From the NCBI GenBank assembly GCA_016000045.1, contig JAECQY010000008.1:1562-65561 (forward strand): DNA of 64,000 nucleotides, given 5' to 3'. The notes beneath the pieces were generated by a model that searched no databases, was not told where the DNA came from, and saw only the letters and a program-made list of their open reading frames with translations. Positions 42,084 to 52,018 of this stretch are shown piece after piece (the stretch's first letter is position 1; each line of letters begins with the position of its first letter). The DNA comes from Myxococcaceae bacterium (lineage in GTDB: Bacteria; Myxococcota; UBA727; JABDBI01). The position numbers and the translations under genes are program-made.

Positions 42084-42311
42084 AACTCACTTAAATTATT
42101 CCAAAAAATGGAAAACAAACTATTCTCTAGATCGCAAGATAAGTAAAATCAATCGGATTTTCAAAAATTCTACCGAAAACATGCTTCAGATCTAAGAATA
42201 ATCTTTTGGATTGCTTATTATGCGAATTTCACTCTGCTTTGACGAAATACAGATTGTCTGGCACGGCAATAGAAGAGTCAAGGCGTTCAAAGGGCCATTG
42301 CAAAAAAGACA

Positions 42312-43004
42312 TCACAAGCGACACTTTCGTTCGTAAAACGACTGTGCCTTGAGTTTCAGAAGGCTCTCTTTCGTCAGGGTCTTTAACAGGTCACGGACCG
42401 ATGCACAGGCTTTTTCTTCGTCCCCGTCTTTAAAATCTTTCAGGGCTTCCAACCATTGCTCATCCAACGTTTTAGCAAAAGACTGCGTTGCCGGCTTAGC
42501 CTTTCGATGCTTCCATCGAAACGGAGCTTCCTGTCGTTGCATAAATTGCTCTCGGTTTAACAATTGCAAAAACAAACTGGCCCCTGCTACCATCAAAGCC
42601 AGCATTGAGACAATGCCGATATTCCCACTTGATTTTAAATCAGGCCCGGTTGTTGCTTCTGCGATGCCCGAATTTTCAAGGCGGCTCGCAGGAAACAAAG
42701 GAGCGGAAAAAAGTAAACTGTGATCCCCAATCCGAATCCGATCACCGTTTTTCAGCCAAATGCTTCGAACCTTTTTGCGATTCACAAAGGTACCATTCGA
42801 AGACCCAACGTCGATCAGCTGAGCCTGATGCGGGGATACATCCACCACAAAGTGAAGACGGCTCAAGCTCGTATCGGATAAAACGAGATGACTTTGAGGA
42901 TCTCTCCCCACTCGATAAAGCCCAATCGGCAGTTCGTGACGCGAGCCGTCGACTAAAAACGCTGGCTTGGTATGGATTGCCTGAGTCCGTGTTGCTTCGT
43001 CCAT
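42312..43004 (-). CDS. FHA-domain protein with one transmembrane helix
   Basis: FHA core YRVGRDPQSHLVLSDTSLSRLHFVVDV..AQLIDVGSSNGTFVNRKKV..GDRIRIGDHSLLF; hydrophobic IGIVSMLALMVAGASLFLQLL. Confidence 0.65.
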   Translation of the reverse strand: MDEATRTQAIHTKPAFLVDGSRHELPIGLYRVGRDPQSHLVLSDTSLSRLHFVVDVSPHQAQLIDVGSSNGTFVNRKKVRSIWLKNGDRIRIGDHSLLFSAPLFPASRLENSGIAEATTGPDLKSSGNIGIVSMLALMVAGASLFLQLLNREQFMQRQEAPFRWKHRKAKPATQSFAKTLDEQWLEALKDFKDGDEEKACASVRDLLKTLTKESLLKLKAQSFYERKCRL

Positions 43005-43116
43005 GTTCTAACTTTATTGAAACCTACTAAGCGAGTCTTTTAATCACGGTTTTGGTAAAAAGCTGTGTAGGACATGTCTTGAAGCTCTCCAACGCTTATG
43101 CCACAAGTTCCACGCC

Positions 43117-44580
43117 ATGCAATTTGTTTTAAGCATTGACCAAGGAACAACAGGCACTACTTCGGTCATCGCGGATTCGAACTTGCGTATTGTCGCTCGA
43201 CAAAACGTTCCTTTTGATCAGATATTTCCCAAGGCTGGTTGGGTAGAGCATCGAGAAGAAGATGTCTGGAATTCGGTTCGATGCTCGGTTCAACGTAGCC
43301 TAGAGCAGTCGGGCTTAAAGCCTTCTCAGATTGGGGCCATTGGCATTACCAACCAACGCGAAACGACGGCTATCTTTGATCAAAACGGCACCCTTCAACA
43401 TCCTCTCATTGTTTGGCAATGTCGTCGCAGTCTCGACATCTGCACCGAACTAAAAAATCGCGGCTTAGAACCCCGAATTCGAGAAAAAACAGGGCTTCTC
43501 TTGGATCCTTATTTTTCCGGCACCAAATTAACCTGGTTGTTTCGACAATACCCCTCGCTGCGTCGGTTTTTATTTGGCACGGTAGACACCTGGTTACTTT
43601 ACAAGTTGTCCGCTGGTGCTGTGCATGCCACAGATGCCACCAATGCGTCTCGAACGCTGCTGATGAACCTTAAGACCTGCAACTGGGATCCCGAACTCTG
43701 CGAAATGCTGGAAGTCCCTGAAGCGATTCTTCCAGAAATCCGGTCCAGCCAAGAAGTCTACGCGCATACCCGAGGCCTCGATTTCTTACCCGATGGAATT
43801 CCGATTGCCAGTCTGATTGGCGATCAACAAAGCGCTCTCTACGGTTTAGGTTGTCTCAAAAAAGGCCAAGCCAAAGCAACCTATGGAACAGGGTGTTTCA
43901 TCTTGCTTCATACAGGAACCAAGCCAGTCGCCTCCAAGCACAATCTTTTAACCTCCATCGCGTTGAAAACCCAATCTGAAACCACTTACTGCTTGGAAGC
44001 TTCGGCTTTTATCGCTGGAGCGGCCATCCAGTGGCTGCGAGATGGCTTGGGCCTCATTCAAGAAGCCGATGAACTCGAAACGCTGGCGAAACAAGTGAGC
44101 GACAGTTCCGATCTAGTCTTTATACCGGCCTTAACCGGCCTGGCGGCCCCTTATTGGAAACCTGAAGCCAGAGGTCTCTTTTACGGAATCGGACGCGACA
44201 CCAAACGCGCTCACTTTGCGAGAGCGGCTCTTGAAGGAATCGCTCTTTTAAATCAAGACATGCTTCAGGCCATGGTAGAAGATTCAGGGACCCCCATTCA
44301 GTTTCTCCGTGTCGATGGAGGAGCTGCTTCCAATGACTTGCTGATTCAAATGCAAGCTGATCTATCAAACCTGACCTGCCTACGCTCATCTTTCTTAGAC
44401 ACAACAGCTCTCGGGGCTTTGCTGCTCGCCGGACAAGCGACTGGAATCTTGCAAGATTCCTGCTTCGCACAAAAATTTCTCGAAAATACCACTTCTTTCT
44501 CCCCTCTTCTCTCTGAAGAAAATCGCGCTAGGCTGGCTCGAAAATGGGCCCATGCGATGGGTTTGCTGATCCGGCATTAG
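43117..44580 (+). CDS. glpK: Glycerol kinase
   Basis: MQFVLSIDQGTTGTTSVI.. and FGGT-family sugar-kinase motifs throughout. Confidence 0.9.
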   Translation: MQFVLSIDQGTTGTTSVIADSNLRIVARQNVPFDQIFPKAGWVEHREEDVWNSVRCSVQRSLEQSGLKPSQIGAIGITNQRETTAIFDQNGTLQHPLIVWQCRRSLDICTELKNRGLEPRIREKTGLLLDPYFSGTKLTWLFRQYPSLRRFLFGTVDTWLLYKLSAGAVHATDATNASRTLLMNLKTCNWDPELCEMLEVPEAILPEIRSSQEVYAHTRGLDFLPDGIPIASLIGDQQSALYGLGCLKKGQAKATYGTGCFILLHTGTKPVASKHNLLTSIALKTQSETTYCLEASAFIAGAAIQWLRDGLGLIQEADELETLAKQVSDSSDLVFIPALTGLAAPYWKPEARGLFYGIGRDTKRAHFARAALEGIALLNQDMLQAMVEDSGTPIQFLRVDGGAASNDLLIQMQADLSNLTCLRSSFLDTTALGALLLAGQATGILQDSCFAQKFLENTTSFSPLLSEENRARLARKWAHAMGLLIRH

Positions 44581-44626
44581 ACCCGATTGACAACCGTTCT
44601 CAAGCTTTGCATCCTACCCACCACTT

Positions 44627-44776
44627 ATGAAACGCACCTTCCAACCAAGCCGTATCAAATTGCTCCGGGATCATGGATTTTTGGCTCGCATGGCAACAGC
44701 GGGCGGACGGGATGTCCTAAAACGACGCAGAGCCAAAGGCCGTAAACGTTTGGTGCCATCTGCCTACCAAAAATAG
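44627..44776 (+). CDS. rpmH: 50S ribosomal protein L34 (49 aa; below the ORF-track length cutoff)
   Basis: Hand translation: [49 protein letters not shown]. Confidence 0.85.
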   Translation: MKRTFQPSRIKLLRDHGFLARMATAGGRDVLKRRRAKGRKRLVPSAYQK

Positions 44777-44792
44777 TCCTGCTCAGAGGCGC

Positions 44793-45110
44793 TTGAAAAA
44801 GCGTCATGAATTTTTGCGGATCCAGCGTTCGGGTCATCGCTATAAAACTCCCAATCTGGTATTCATTTCTCGCTATTCCAAAGAACCAGGCCGTTTTGGC
44901 CTTACCGTTGCTAAGAATGTTGGACAGGCGCACGTTCGAAACCTGGTCAAAAGGCGCTTAAGACACATCGCTCGTCTGAGGCCCTACCTGTTTGAGCGTC
45001 AAGATATCGTGATTCTTGCTCTTCCCAATGCGGCTAATGCCTCTTTTCAAGACTTAGAAAAGGACATACAACTCGCCCATGAAGGAATACGAAGTAGTCG
45101 TCGGCCTTGA
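44793..45110 (+). CDS. rnpA: Ribonuclease P protein component
   Basis: Immediately downstream of rpmH; basic protein with FGLTVAKNVGQAHVRNLVKRRLRH (RNR-motif region). Confidence 0.8.
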   Translation: MKKRHEFLRIQRSGHRYKTPNLVFISRYSKEPGRFGLTVAKNVGQAHVRNLVKRRLRHIARLRPYLFERQDIVILALPNAANASFQDLEKDIQLAHEGIRSSRRP

Positions 45111-46488
45111 ATGCCACGTCCAGTTGCTCACCCAAAGCAAGCTTTTTTCTCCCGCTAAGAATCAGTATGGAGATGAGCCCAATGTGAACGTGGATGCCCT
45201 GGATATTGCTCTTCCAGGCACCTTGCCCGTCTTGAACCAAAAAGCAGTCGAATTCGCGGTTCGCCTGGGCCTTGCACTGGGTTGTGAAATTAATACGACC
45301 AGCGTTTTTGCCCGCAAACACTACTTCTACCCAGATCTCCCCAAAGGTTATCAAATCAGCCAGTACGACAAGCCTATCTGCGGACCCGGCCAACTGACTT
45401 TTCAAACCTCGGAAGGCCCCAAGACCATTGGAATCGAACGCATCCACATCGAAGAAGATGCGGGGAAGAACATTCACGTAGAAGGCGGGAACTCCAGTTA
45501 TGTGGACTACAATCGAGCAGGCACCCCTCTTTTGGAAATCGTCACTCGCCCAGACATCCGATCCGCCGAAGAAGCCATGGAGGCCTATCGAGCCTTAAGA
45601 GCTTTGGTCACTTATTTGGGAATCTGCGATGGCAATCTTCAAGAAGGCTCCATGCGCGCAGACGCCAATGTATCGATTCGACCCAAAGGCTCGACGGAGT
45701 TTGGAACTCGAACCGAAACCAAAAACCTCAACTCCATCAAGTTTTTGGGTCAAGCGGTCGAATTCGAATCGCGAAGACAAGCTCTGGAACTGAAAGCTGG
45801 ACATGCGATCCGACAAGAAACGCGACTATGGGATTCCAACCGCAAAGAATCTCGAGCTTTACGAAGCAAAGAAGAAGCTCACGACTACCGTTATTTTGCA
45901 GACCCGGATCTTCTTCCACTCATCTTAGCGGATGGTTATGTCGATGAAATTGATAAAAATTTACCCGAACTTCCATGGCAAAAACAAAGCCGTTACCAAT
46001 CCGAACTTGGATTATCTGCCTACGACGCCGGTGTATTGATCGTTGAGAAAAAAATCGCAGATTACTTTGAATCAGCGCTTCGCTTGCACAGCCATGCCAA
46101 AAGCGTTGCGAACTGGATCATTAACGAAATGCAACTTGAGCCCCGTATCACCCCCTCTCAACTGGCTGAACTGGTGCGCCTCATCGATGAAAAAGCAATT
46201 TCAGGTACCATCGCTAAAACCATTTACGAAGAACTCATTGCGCACCCTGAGCAGTCCGCGGAACAAATCGTAGACGCAAAAGGTCTACGCATGCAACGTG
46301 ACACGAACCAGATTCAAAAACTCATCGAAGCCATTTGTGAGCAACACCCCTCTGAAATCCAGAAATATCGATCTGGAAAAACGCAAATTTTTGGATTCTT
46401 TGTCGGTCAAGTCATGAAACAGACTCAAGGCAAAGCAGACCCAACGCTGAGCTCAGAACTTCTCAAAAAATATTTGGATAGACCATGA
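45079..46488 (+). CDS. gatB: Aspartyl/glutamyl-tRNA(Asn/Gln) amidotransferase subunit B
   Basis: MKEYEVVVGLECHVQL.. and full-length GatB-type sequence, including the C-terminal YqeY-like domain. Confidence 0.9.
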   Translation: MKEYEVVVGLECHVQLLTQSKLFSPAKNQYGDEPNVNVDALDIALPGTLPVLNQKAVEFAVRLGLALGCEINTTSVFARKHYFYPDLPKGYQISQYDKPICGPGQLTFQTSEGPKTIGIERIHIEEDAGKNIHVEGGNSSYVDYNRAGTPLLEIVTRPDIRSAEEAMEAYRALRALVTYLGICDGNLQEGSMRADANVSIRPKGSTEFGTRTETKNLNSIKFLGQAVEFESRRQALELKAGHAIRQETRLWDSNRKESRALRSKEEAHDYRYFADPDLLPLILADGYVDEIDKNLPELPWQKQSRYQSELGLSAYDAGVLIVEKKIADYFESALRLHSHAKSVANWIINEMQLEPRITPSQLAELVRLIDEKAISGTIAKTIYEELIAHPEQSAEQIVDAKGLRMQRDTNQIQKLIEAICEQHPSEIQKYRSGKTQIFGFFVGQVMKQTQGKADPTLSSELLKKYLDRP

Positions 46489-47441
46489 AAGCCTTGTGTT
46501 TTCTCCTTTTTGGCTTAGCTGCTCAAGCAGAGCTTCCTCCCAAAAAAATCGAACTCTTTCGAGTCTCGAGCGCGCCGTTTGTTCAGACTATTGCGCTCAT
46601 CGGAACTCTCAAAGCCAAGCAAGAGGTGGTCTTAATTTCCAAAGCTTCAGGCATTCTATCGCCTGTCACTCCGGAGGGTTCTCAAGTCAAGAAAGGAGCC
46701 TTGCTCGCTCGATTGGATCAGGATTCAAGCCTTCGGAAATCGCTGCAAGATGCCAGCACTCAACTTAAAAACCAGAAAAATAAGTTGGAGCGAGCTCAAA
46801 AACTCTACCATCAAGGCGACTTTAGCTTAAAAGATCTGGAAAGCGCCCAGAATGATTTTGCAAGCACTCGAAAGTCTTATCGAGAACTTGAGTTTCGCTT
46901 ATCCGACAGCGAATTGAGAGCTCCTTTTAACGGAACCTGCGGATTGTTTCGAGCCGAAGCGGGCAGCTACGTCTCGGCGGGCTCTGCGATTGTCACCGTT
47001 TACGATGCGCAATCTTTCACGCTCTATTTCTCCGTACCCGAATCTCTGCTGCCCTCGATGCGAATCGGGTTACCCGTATCGGTTCAAGGCAACTCAGGGC
47101 GCATCACTTCTTTCGAAAATCGACTGAATCCCCAAACGCAAGTTGCTTATGCCAAGGCAGAATTAGACTCGTGCACAGGTTGCACCATCGGAACCAAAGT
47201 GTCGGTCTCGATCGCATTGCCCAACAAAACCCACTCGATCTCGGCCCCGCTCGAGTCCGTGTTTCTGAAAGGCGGTACTTCCTATGTGTACCGTGTCGTC
47301 CATCAAAAAGCACTTTTAACCCCCGTCAAGACGGGTGAACGTTCTAAAAATCGGATTGAAATCTTATCAGGTCTAAAAATGGGCGATGAAATTGTGCTTC
47401 GTGGCACCCGAAGATTAAATCATGACGACTCTGTTTATTAA
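46485..47441 (+). CDS. RND efflux membrane-fusion (periplasmic adaptor) protein
   Basis: Signal peptide, coiled-coil hairpin region (LKNQKNKLERAQKLYHQG..), beta-barrel/lipoyl-like segments; stop overlaps the pump start. Confidence 0.8.
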   Translation: MKALCFLLFGLAAQAELPPKKIELFRVSSAPFVQTIALIGTLKAKQEVVLISKASGILSPVTPEGSQVKKGALLARLDQDSSLRKSLQDASTQLKNQKNKLERAQKLYHQGDFSLKDLESAQNDFASTRKSYRELEFRLSDSELRAPFNGTCGLFRAEAGSYVSAGSAIVTVYDAQSFTLYFSVPESLLPSMRIGLPVSVQGNSGRITSFENRLNPQTQVAYAKAELDSCTGCTIGTKVSVSIALPNKTHSISAPLESVFLKGGTSYVYRVVHQKALLTPVKTGERSKNRIEILSGLKMGDEIVLRGTRRLNHDDSVY

Positions 47442-50382
47442 CCGACCTGTCTTTGCGATCGTTCTCAATGCTTTCATTTTACTACTCGGTGTCCTGGGTT
47501 ATCAGGCCATGGACGTGTCTGAGTATCCTCGAATTTCGGTTCCCAAAATCAAAATCGGCGTTGTTTATCCGGGTGCCAGCATGCAAGTTGTTGAGAGCAC
47601 CCTTGCTTTCGATTTAGAAGAAGCGTTAAGCGGAATTCAAAAAGTTGAGTCGCTTCAATCGGAGATTGGGAACGGTTACTGCGAAACCTGGATTTCATTC
47701 AAAGCTTCCGCTTCGATTGAACAGGCTCTCATGGAGGTACGGGATCGGGTATCTCGCGTGAAGGCCTCGTGGCCAAGAGGGGTTTTAGAACCCTATATCG
47801 AACAGGAAGGAAAGAATCGCAGTCCAGTCCTCTTCTTAACTTTAACCAGCCAAACACACTTGCCCGCTGAACTGACTCATTTAGCTCGCCTCCATGTTAA
47901 GAACCAGCTGCAAAGCGTTTCTGGAGTTTCTTCCATTCAGCTCAACGGAAACCCGTACAGGATGGAAATTTCTTTGAACCGAGCCAAAATGGCGGGTCGA
48001 AAGGTGCGGATCTCGGATATCTTCACCGCTTTACAAAATAGCCAAGTCTCTTTCTCATCGGGGAAAATCCAAGGCACCCTTCCGATCACAGTTCGATTGG
48101 AGCTCGAGTCTCCCGAAGATTTTGAAACCATTGTGGTGAAACAAACACACAATGAAGTGATCTATCTACGCGATATCGCAACCGTTCAACTCAGAGAAGA
48201 CAACCAAGTGCTCAATCAATTCAATGGAATCAACAGCGTATTTTTAGGTCTTTCGAAAGCCGAAGATGGAAATCCTCTCTCTATCTCCACAGAAGTTCGT
48301 GCCCTTCTCCCATCCATTCAAAAGACCTTGCCCAAGGACGTTAAACTCGACCTTGCGTACGACGGGTCGAAGTTCGTTAAGAACTCTTTGAGAAGCCTTG
48401 CTTTCAGCATTTTAGAAGCTTCGCTGCTCGTTCTTTTGGTGGTGTTTTTATTTTTACGAAGCGCTTCGGCGACTTTGATTCCCTTGGTCGCGATCCCCAT
48501 TTCCCTGTTGGGCGCCATCGCAATCGCTCAGTTTTTTGGCTTTAGCCTGAACACCTTCACATTGCTGGCGCTTGTTTTGGCGATTGGCCTGGTGGTAGAC
48601 GATGCCATTATTGTTCTCGAAAACATTCACCGCTCGATTGAACAAGGTTTCAATCCCAAAGAAGCAGCGATTCGAGGTTCCAGTGAAATCGGGTTTGCCA
48701 TCATCGCCATGACTTTCACTCTGGCTGCAGTATTCGCCCCGATTGTTCTGTCCGGTGGCCTGATTGGAGAGATTCTCGTTGAATTTGGTGTCACGCTCGC
48801 TGCAGCGGTGATCGTATCGGGTATTGTGGCACTGACCCTCTCTCCTTGGATGTGCTCCAAGCTTTTGAAAGCTCAAACCAGCCAGATATTTTTCAAGTTA
48901 CCATCGCTTCGCTCATTTTCGACTCAGCAGGTTTCCGTGATTTCTGCCTTGCTGCTGATGGGTTCTGGATACCTTTATTACCAACTCCCCAAACGCGTCG
49001 TTCCGATCGAAGATCGAGGTTTTGTCGGAGTTCAAGTCGAGAGTTTGCCAACGCTTAGTTTAAAAGACTTCAATCCGTATTTTCAGCAGATCGAAGCCAT
49101 GGTTCAAAAAAATCCCAATATTGAAAATCGATTCCTCTACTCCAATCCATCTTGGGGAACTGGGTACAGCTTTGCGTTGGTCGAACACGCTCACCGTTCT
49201 GAAAGTTCACAGACGATTGCCAATCAACTCCGAGAAGCTTTCCAAAAGATTCCGAGCATCACGACGCACGTATGGAACTGGGACACAGGCCTGCCTGGTT
49301 TTGAGGCAGATTCCAAGGGGGCTTCTATTTCTGTGACGATTAAAACCACCGAATCCTATCAAGAGCTGTATCAAGAAATCGAGAAACTCAGAAAAAAATT
49401 AGAGTCCAGTTCAGTCTTGAAAGAAGTCACTTCCAACTTGGATTTCAACTCGCTAGGCTACCGTGCTCAGGTTGACCACGCCAAAATGGCATTGCTGAAG
49501 GTCAGTCTTCACGAAGCAGCCGACACCATGCGGGTCTTCTTTGATCAAAACGAAAATTTCGAATTTTACCGCGATGGGCTCAGATACAAAGTTTGGCTCA
49601 AAGGAGCTGAACCCTCCGACAACCTTCATGAAGTGGAAGTTCTCAACGCAGACCAAGAGCGCATTCCGCTGAGCACCTTTATGTCCCTGGAAGCTCAGAG
49701 CGAACCTCTCTCGCTTGAACACACCAATCGACTCCGTTCGGCTACCTTAAGCGCACAACTTCAGAAAGGAAAAACTTTAAGCGATGGCATCGAAGCGCTT
49801 CAAGCCCAGTTCGAAGATTCACTTTCGCCAAACTATTCCTATGAATTTCGTGGCGCCGCCCGCAATTGGCTCGAATCTTCCGGAACCTTTCTTTGGTTGC
49901 TGCTTTTCGCGCTCATTTTTATCTATGGCATCCTCGCGATCCAGTTTGAAAGCTTTATCGACCCGCTGGTGATTTTAACCACCGTGCCGCTGGCATCCTT
50001 TGGAGCGCTTTTCACTCTTTGGTTGAGCGGACAGGAGCTTAATCTCTTTACGCAAGTCGGTTTGGTCACGTTGATTGGCTTAATTTCCAAGCACGGCATT
50101 CTGCTCGTGGATTTTGCCAATCAGACCGGTTCTATCGATGAAGCGGTTCGTCTTCGATTCAGGCCAATCCTGATGACCACCAGCGCGATGGTTCTGGGAG
50201 CCATTCCACTCATGCTCTCGACAGGAGCTGGCGCTGAAGCCAGGCGTTCCATCGGTACCGTGCTGGTTTCCGGTCTGAGCCTAGGCACGGTTTTGACCTT
50301 GTATCTATTGCCTGCATTTTATCGCCTTTGGGGCAGATCCAATCGGAATAACAACTTGAAGAGCACACGCCATTCAAGTTAA
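47422..50382 (+). CDS. RND-family efflux transporter permease (AcrB/HAE1-like)
   Basis: 986 aa, 12-TM two-fold architecture with large periplasmic loops; MTTLFINRPVFAIVLNAFILLLG N-terminus typical of AcrB. Confidence 0.9.
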   Translation: MTTLFINRPVFAIVLNAFILLLGVLGYQAMDVSEYPRISVPKIKIGVVYPGASMQVVESTLAFDLEEALSGIQKVESLQSEIGNGYCETWISFKASASIEQALMEVRDRVSRVKASWPRGVLEPYIEQEGKNRSPVLFLTLTSQTHLPAELTHLARLHVKNQLQSVSGVSSIQLNGNPYRMEISLNRAKMAGRKVRISDIFTALQNSQVSFSSGKIQGTLPITVRLELESPEDFETIVVKQTHNEVIYLRDIATVQLREDNQVLNQFNGINSVFLGLSKAEDGNPLSISTEVRALLPSIQKTLPKDVKLDLAYDGSKFVKNSLRSLAFSILEASLLVLLVVFLFLRSASATLIPLVAIPISLLGAIAIAQFFGFSLNTFTLLALVLAIGLVVDDAIIVLENIHRSIEQGFNPKEAAIRGSSEIGFAIIAMTFTLAAVFAPIVLSGGLIGEILVEFGVTLAAAVIVSGIVALTLSPWMCSKLLKAQTSQIFFKLPSLRSFSTQQVSVISALLLMGSGYLYYQLPKRVVPIEDRGFVGVQVESLPTLSLKDFNPYFQQIEAMVQKNPNIENRFLYSNPSWGTGYSFALVEHAHRSESSQTIANQLREAFQKIPSITTHVWNWDTGLPGFEADSKGASISVTIKTTESYQELYQEIEKLRKKLESSSVLKEVTSNLDFNSLGYRAQVDHAKMALLKVSLHEAADTMRVFFDQNENFEFYRDGLRYKVWLKGAEPSDNLHEVEVLNADQERIPLSTFMSLEAQSEPLSLEHTNRLRSATLSAQLQKGKTLSDGIEALQAQFEDSLSPNYSYEFRGAARNWLESSGTFLWLLLFALIFIYGILAIQFESFIDPLVILTTVPLASFGALFTLWLSGQELNLFTQVGLVTLIGLISKHGILLVDFANQTGSIDEAVRLRFRPILMTTSAMVLGAIPLMLSTGAGAEARRSIGTVLVSGLSLGTVLTLYLLPAFYRLWGRSNRNNNLKSTRHSS

Positions 50383-50408
50383 ATACGAAAAGGATCCGGA
50401 GGTTTTTT

Positions 50409-50924
50409 GTGGGTGAAAAATTAGACAAAGCCAAGCAAACTGTTCTACAGGAACAACAAACTCTTCGAGAAGAAAACCAAAAACGCGCCGTTCAGGCCTA
50501 CGAAGAGGGACTCCAAGAGGGGGAAAACCAATCCGAACCCTATCGTGAAAAACTGGAAACACTAAAAAACCTCTATGCCTCTGAACTATCTCAAGATCTG
50601 CTCAAAGCTGCGCTCAGCACAGCCCATGAGTTGATCGAAGCCGAACTTGAATCTTCAACGGAATCGTTTCTTCAATTCACCCAAGCCGCTTTGGCGACGA
50701 TTCCAGACGCTCAAGAAGTCCGGATTCGAGTGAACCCTAAAACAGCGCCTCTTTTGCGTGAGCAAAAAGCCAGCTTCGTCAATCTCATGCAACGAGCCAA
50801 AGACATCGATGTTCGAGAAGACAAACACATTGCCCAAGGGCTCATTCTTCAAACCGAATCAGGCGTGATCGATGCTCAATTGAAAACTCAAATTGAAGAA
50901 ATCGGCCGTGCCCTAGGACTTTAA
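50409..50924 (+). CDS. FliH/SctL/V-ATPase-E-superfamily-like protein (stator/regulator-like), orphan
   Basis: Charged coiled-coil N-terminal half; C-terminal AQGLILQTESGVIDAQLKTQIEEIGRALGL resembles the FliH/YscL C-terminal signature (G.i.e...G.IDasle.rl..l). Confidence 0.4.
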   Translation: MGEKLDKAKQTVLQEQQTLREENQKRAVQAYEEGLQEGENQSEPYREKLETLKNLYASELSQDLLKAALSTAHELIEAELESSTESFLQFTQAALATIPDAQEVRIRVNPKTAPLLREQKASFVNLMQRAKDIDVREDKHIAQGLILQTESGVIDAQLKTQIEEIGRALGL

Positions 50925-50926
50925 TC

Positions 50927-51478
50927 ATGGTTCGAATCATCAAACATACCGGTGAGACTCTTCCCGCTTGGACACCTCGCTCACGGGTCATCAAAGGCGC
51001 TGCCTACAAAGAACAAAAAGAAATTGAATCTCTTTTCAAAGCCGCGGTTGAAACCAAGAGCCAAATCGCGAAAGAGGGTTTGACACAAGCGAGCCAAAGC
51101 CGACAACGCGGCCTTTCGGACGGCATCCAAGCAGGCCAAAATGAGGTCTCTCAATTCGCGTTCTCTATTTTTGTTGAACGCAACCATCATTGCGAAGATC
51201 TCAAAGAGCCTCTCAAACAAATAATCGATGAAATCGCGCTTAAAATTCTGGGGCGTCCCTTGACTTTAGCGGCTCATCAGCAGGACGAACTTCGAGACAA
51301 AGCGATTCAAAAAATCAAAGCACAGCATCAACTCAAACTTCTGGCGAGTTCTCCAGAAGCCATTCTTCGTTTGACGGTTCCTACATTCGTCGACTTTGAC
51401 CTCCGTTTAGACCTTTCTCCGGATCAAGTTCTGGTGCTAACAGAAGTCGGCAGCAGCACATTGACTCTCGACCGATAA
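50927..51478 (+). CDS. Second FliH-like paralog (weaker), tandem to the first
   Basis: Similar size and architecture (coiled-coil then beta-rich C-terminus ..VLVLTEVGSSTLTLDR); 3-nt intergenic gap. Confidence 0.3.
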   Translation: MVRIIKHTGETLPAWTPRSRVIKGAAYKEQKEIESLFKAAVETKSQIAKEGLTQASQSRQRGLSDGIQAGQNEVSQFAFSIFVERNHHCEDLKEPLKQIIDEIALKILGRPLTLAAHQQDELRDKAIQKIKAQHQLKLLASSPEAILRLTVPTFVDFDLRLDLSPDQVLVLTEVGSSTLTLDR

Positions 51479-51580
51479 AGCCCCGTGAGGGGTTTAGGTG
51501 CCACAGCCCAGCCAAAGGAGGTTGCTGAAAGCAACAGACGCTGGGCTGGGGTCAAAGGCATCGTTGCTCGTGGGCTCCAT

Positions 51581-52018
51581 CTATTTGTGATAAGGACCGT
51601 TCCGTAGGATTTCGCCGGAACGATAGATTTGTTCTGCCAAAACACAAAGAGCCATCTTATGAGGCAGCGTGAGTTTGGAGAGAGACCAGAGTTTGTCAGC
51701 CGCACTGCGAACTTGCGGATTGTGCCCTTCAGGTGGGCCAATCAAAAACGCTACCGGCCTCGCCTGCTCCAGGAACTTTTGAAGCTGCCTGGCAAATTGG
51801 ACCGAATCTTGAAGAATACCGGTCTCATCGAAAACCACCCGAACGGATCGTTCCGTAACGGGAAGTAATTTGTCTGCTTTGACTTGCTTCAGCTCAGGGC
51901 GATAAAGCGGCTGAGTACGTTTGATGTAATCCAGAGCAAGATTTTCAAAAGGGTCTTTCGAATGTTCAAATGCCGTTGCGATCAGAAATCGCATGAGACT
52001 TGTTCGGCTTCGCGCCAA
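51581..52018 (-). CDS. rlmH: 23S rRNA (pseudouridine1915-N3)-methyltransferase RlmH (SPOUT)
   Basis: ..VAFLIGPPEGHNPQVRSAADKLWSLSKLTLPHKMALCVLAEQIYR matches the RlmH C-terminal knot region. Confidence 0.8.
   Translation of the reverse strand: MARSRTSLMRFLIATAFEHSKDPFENLALDYIKRTQPLYRPELKQVKADKLLPVTERSVRVVFDETGILQDSVQFARQLQKFLEQARPVAFLIGPPEGHNPQVRSAADKLWSLSKLTLPHKMALCVLAEQIYRSGEILRNGPYHK

Noticed and set aside
44587-44626. Sigma-70 promoter for rpmH (TTGACA at 44587-44592)
   Set aside because: A good -35 hexamer, but I could not find a convincing -10 hexamer at 16-18 nt spacing. Not reported as a feature.
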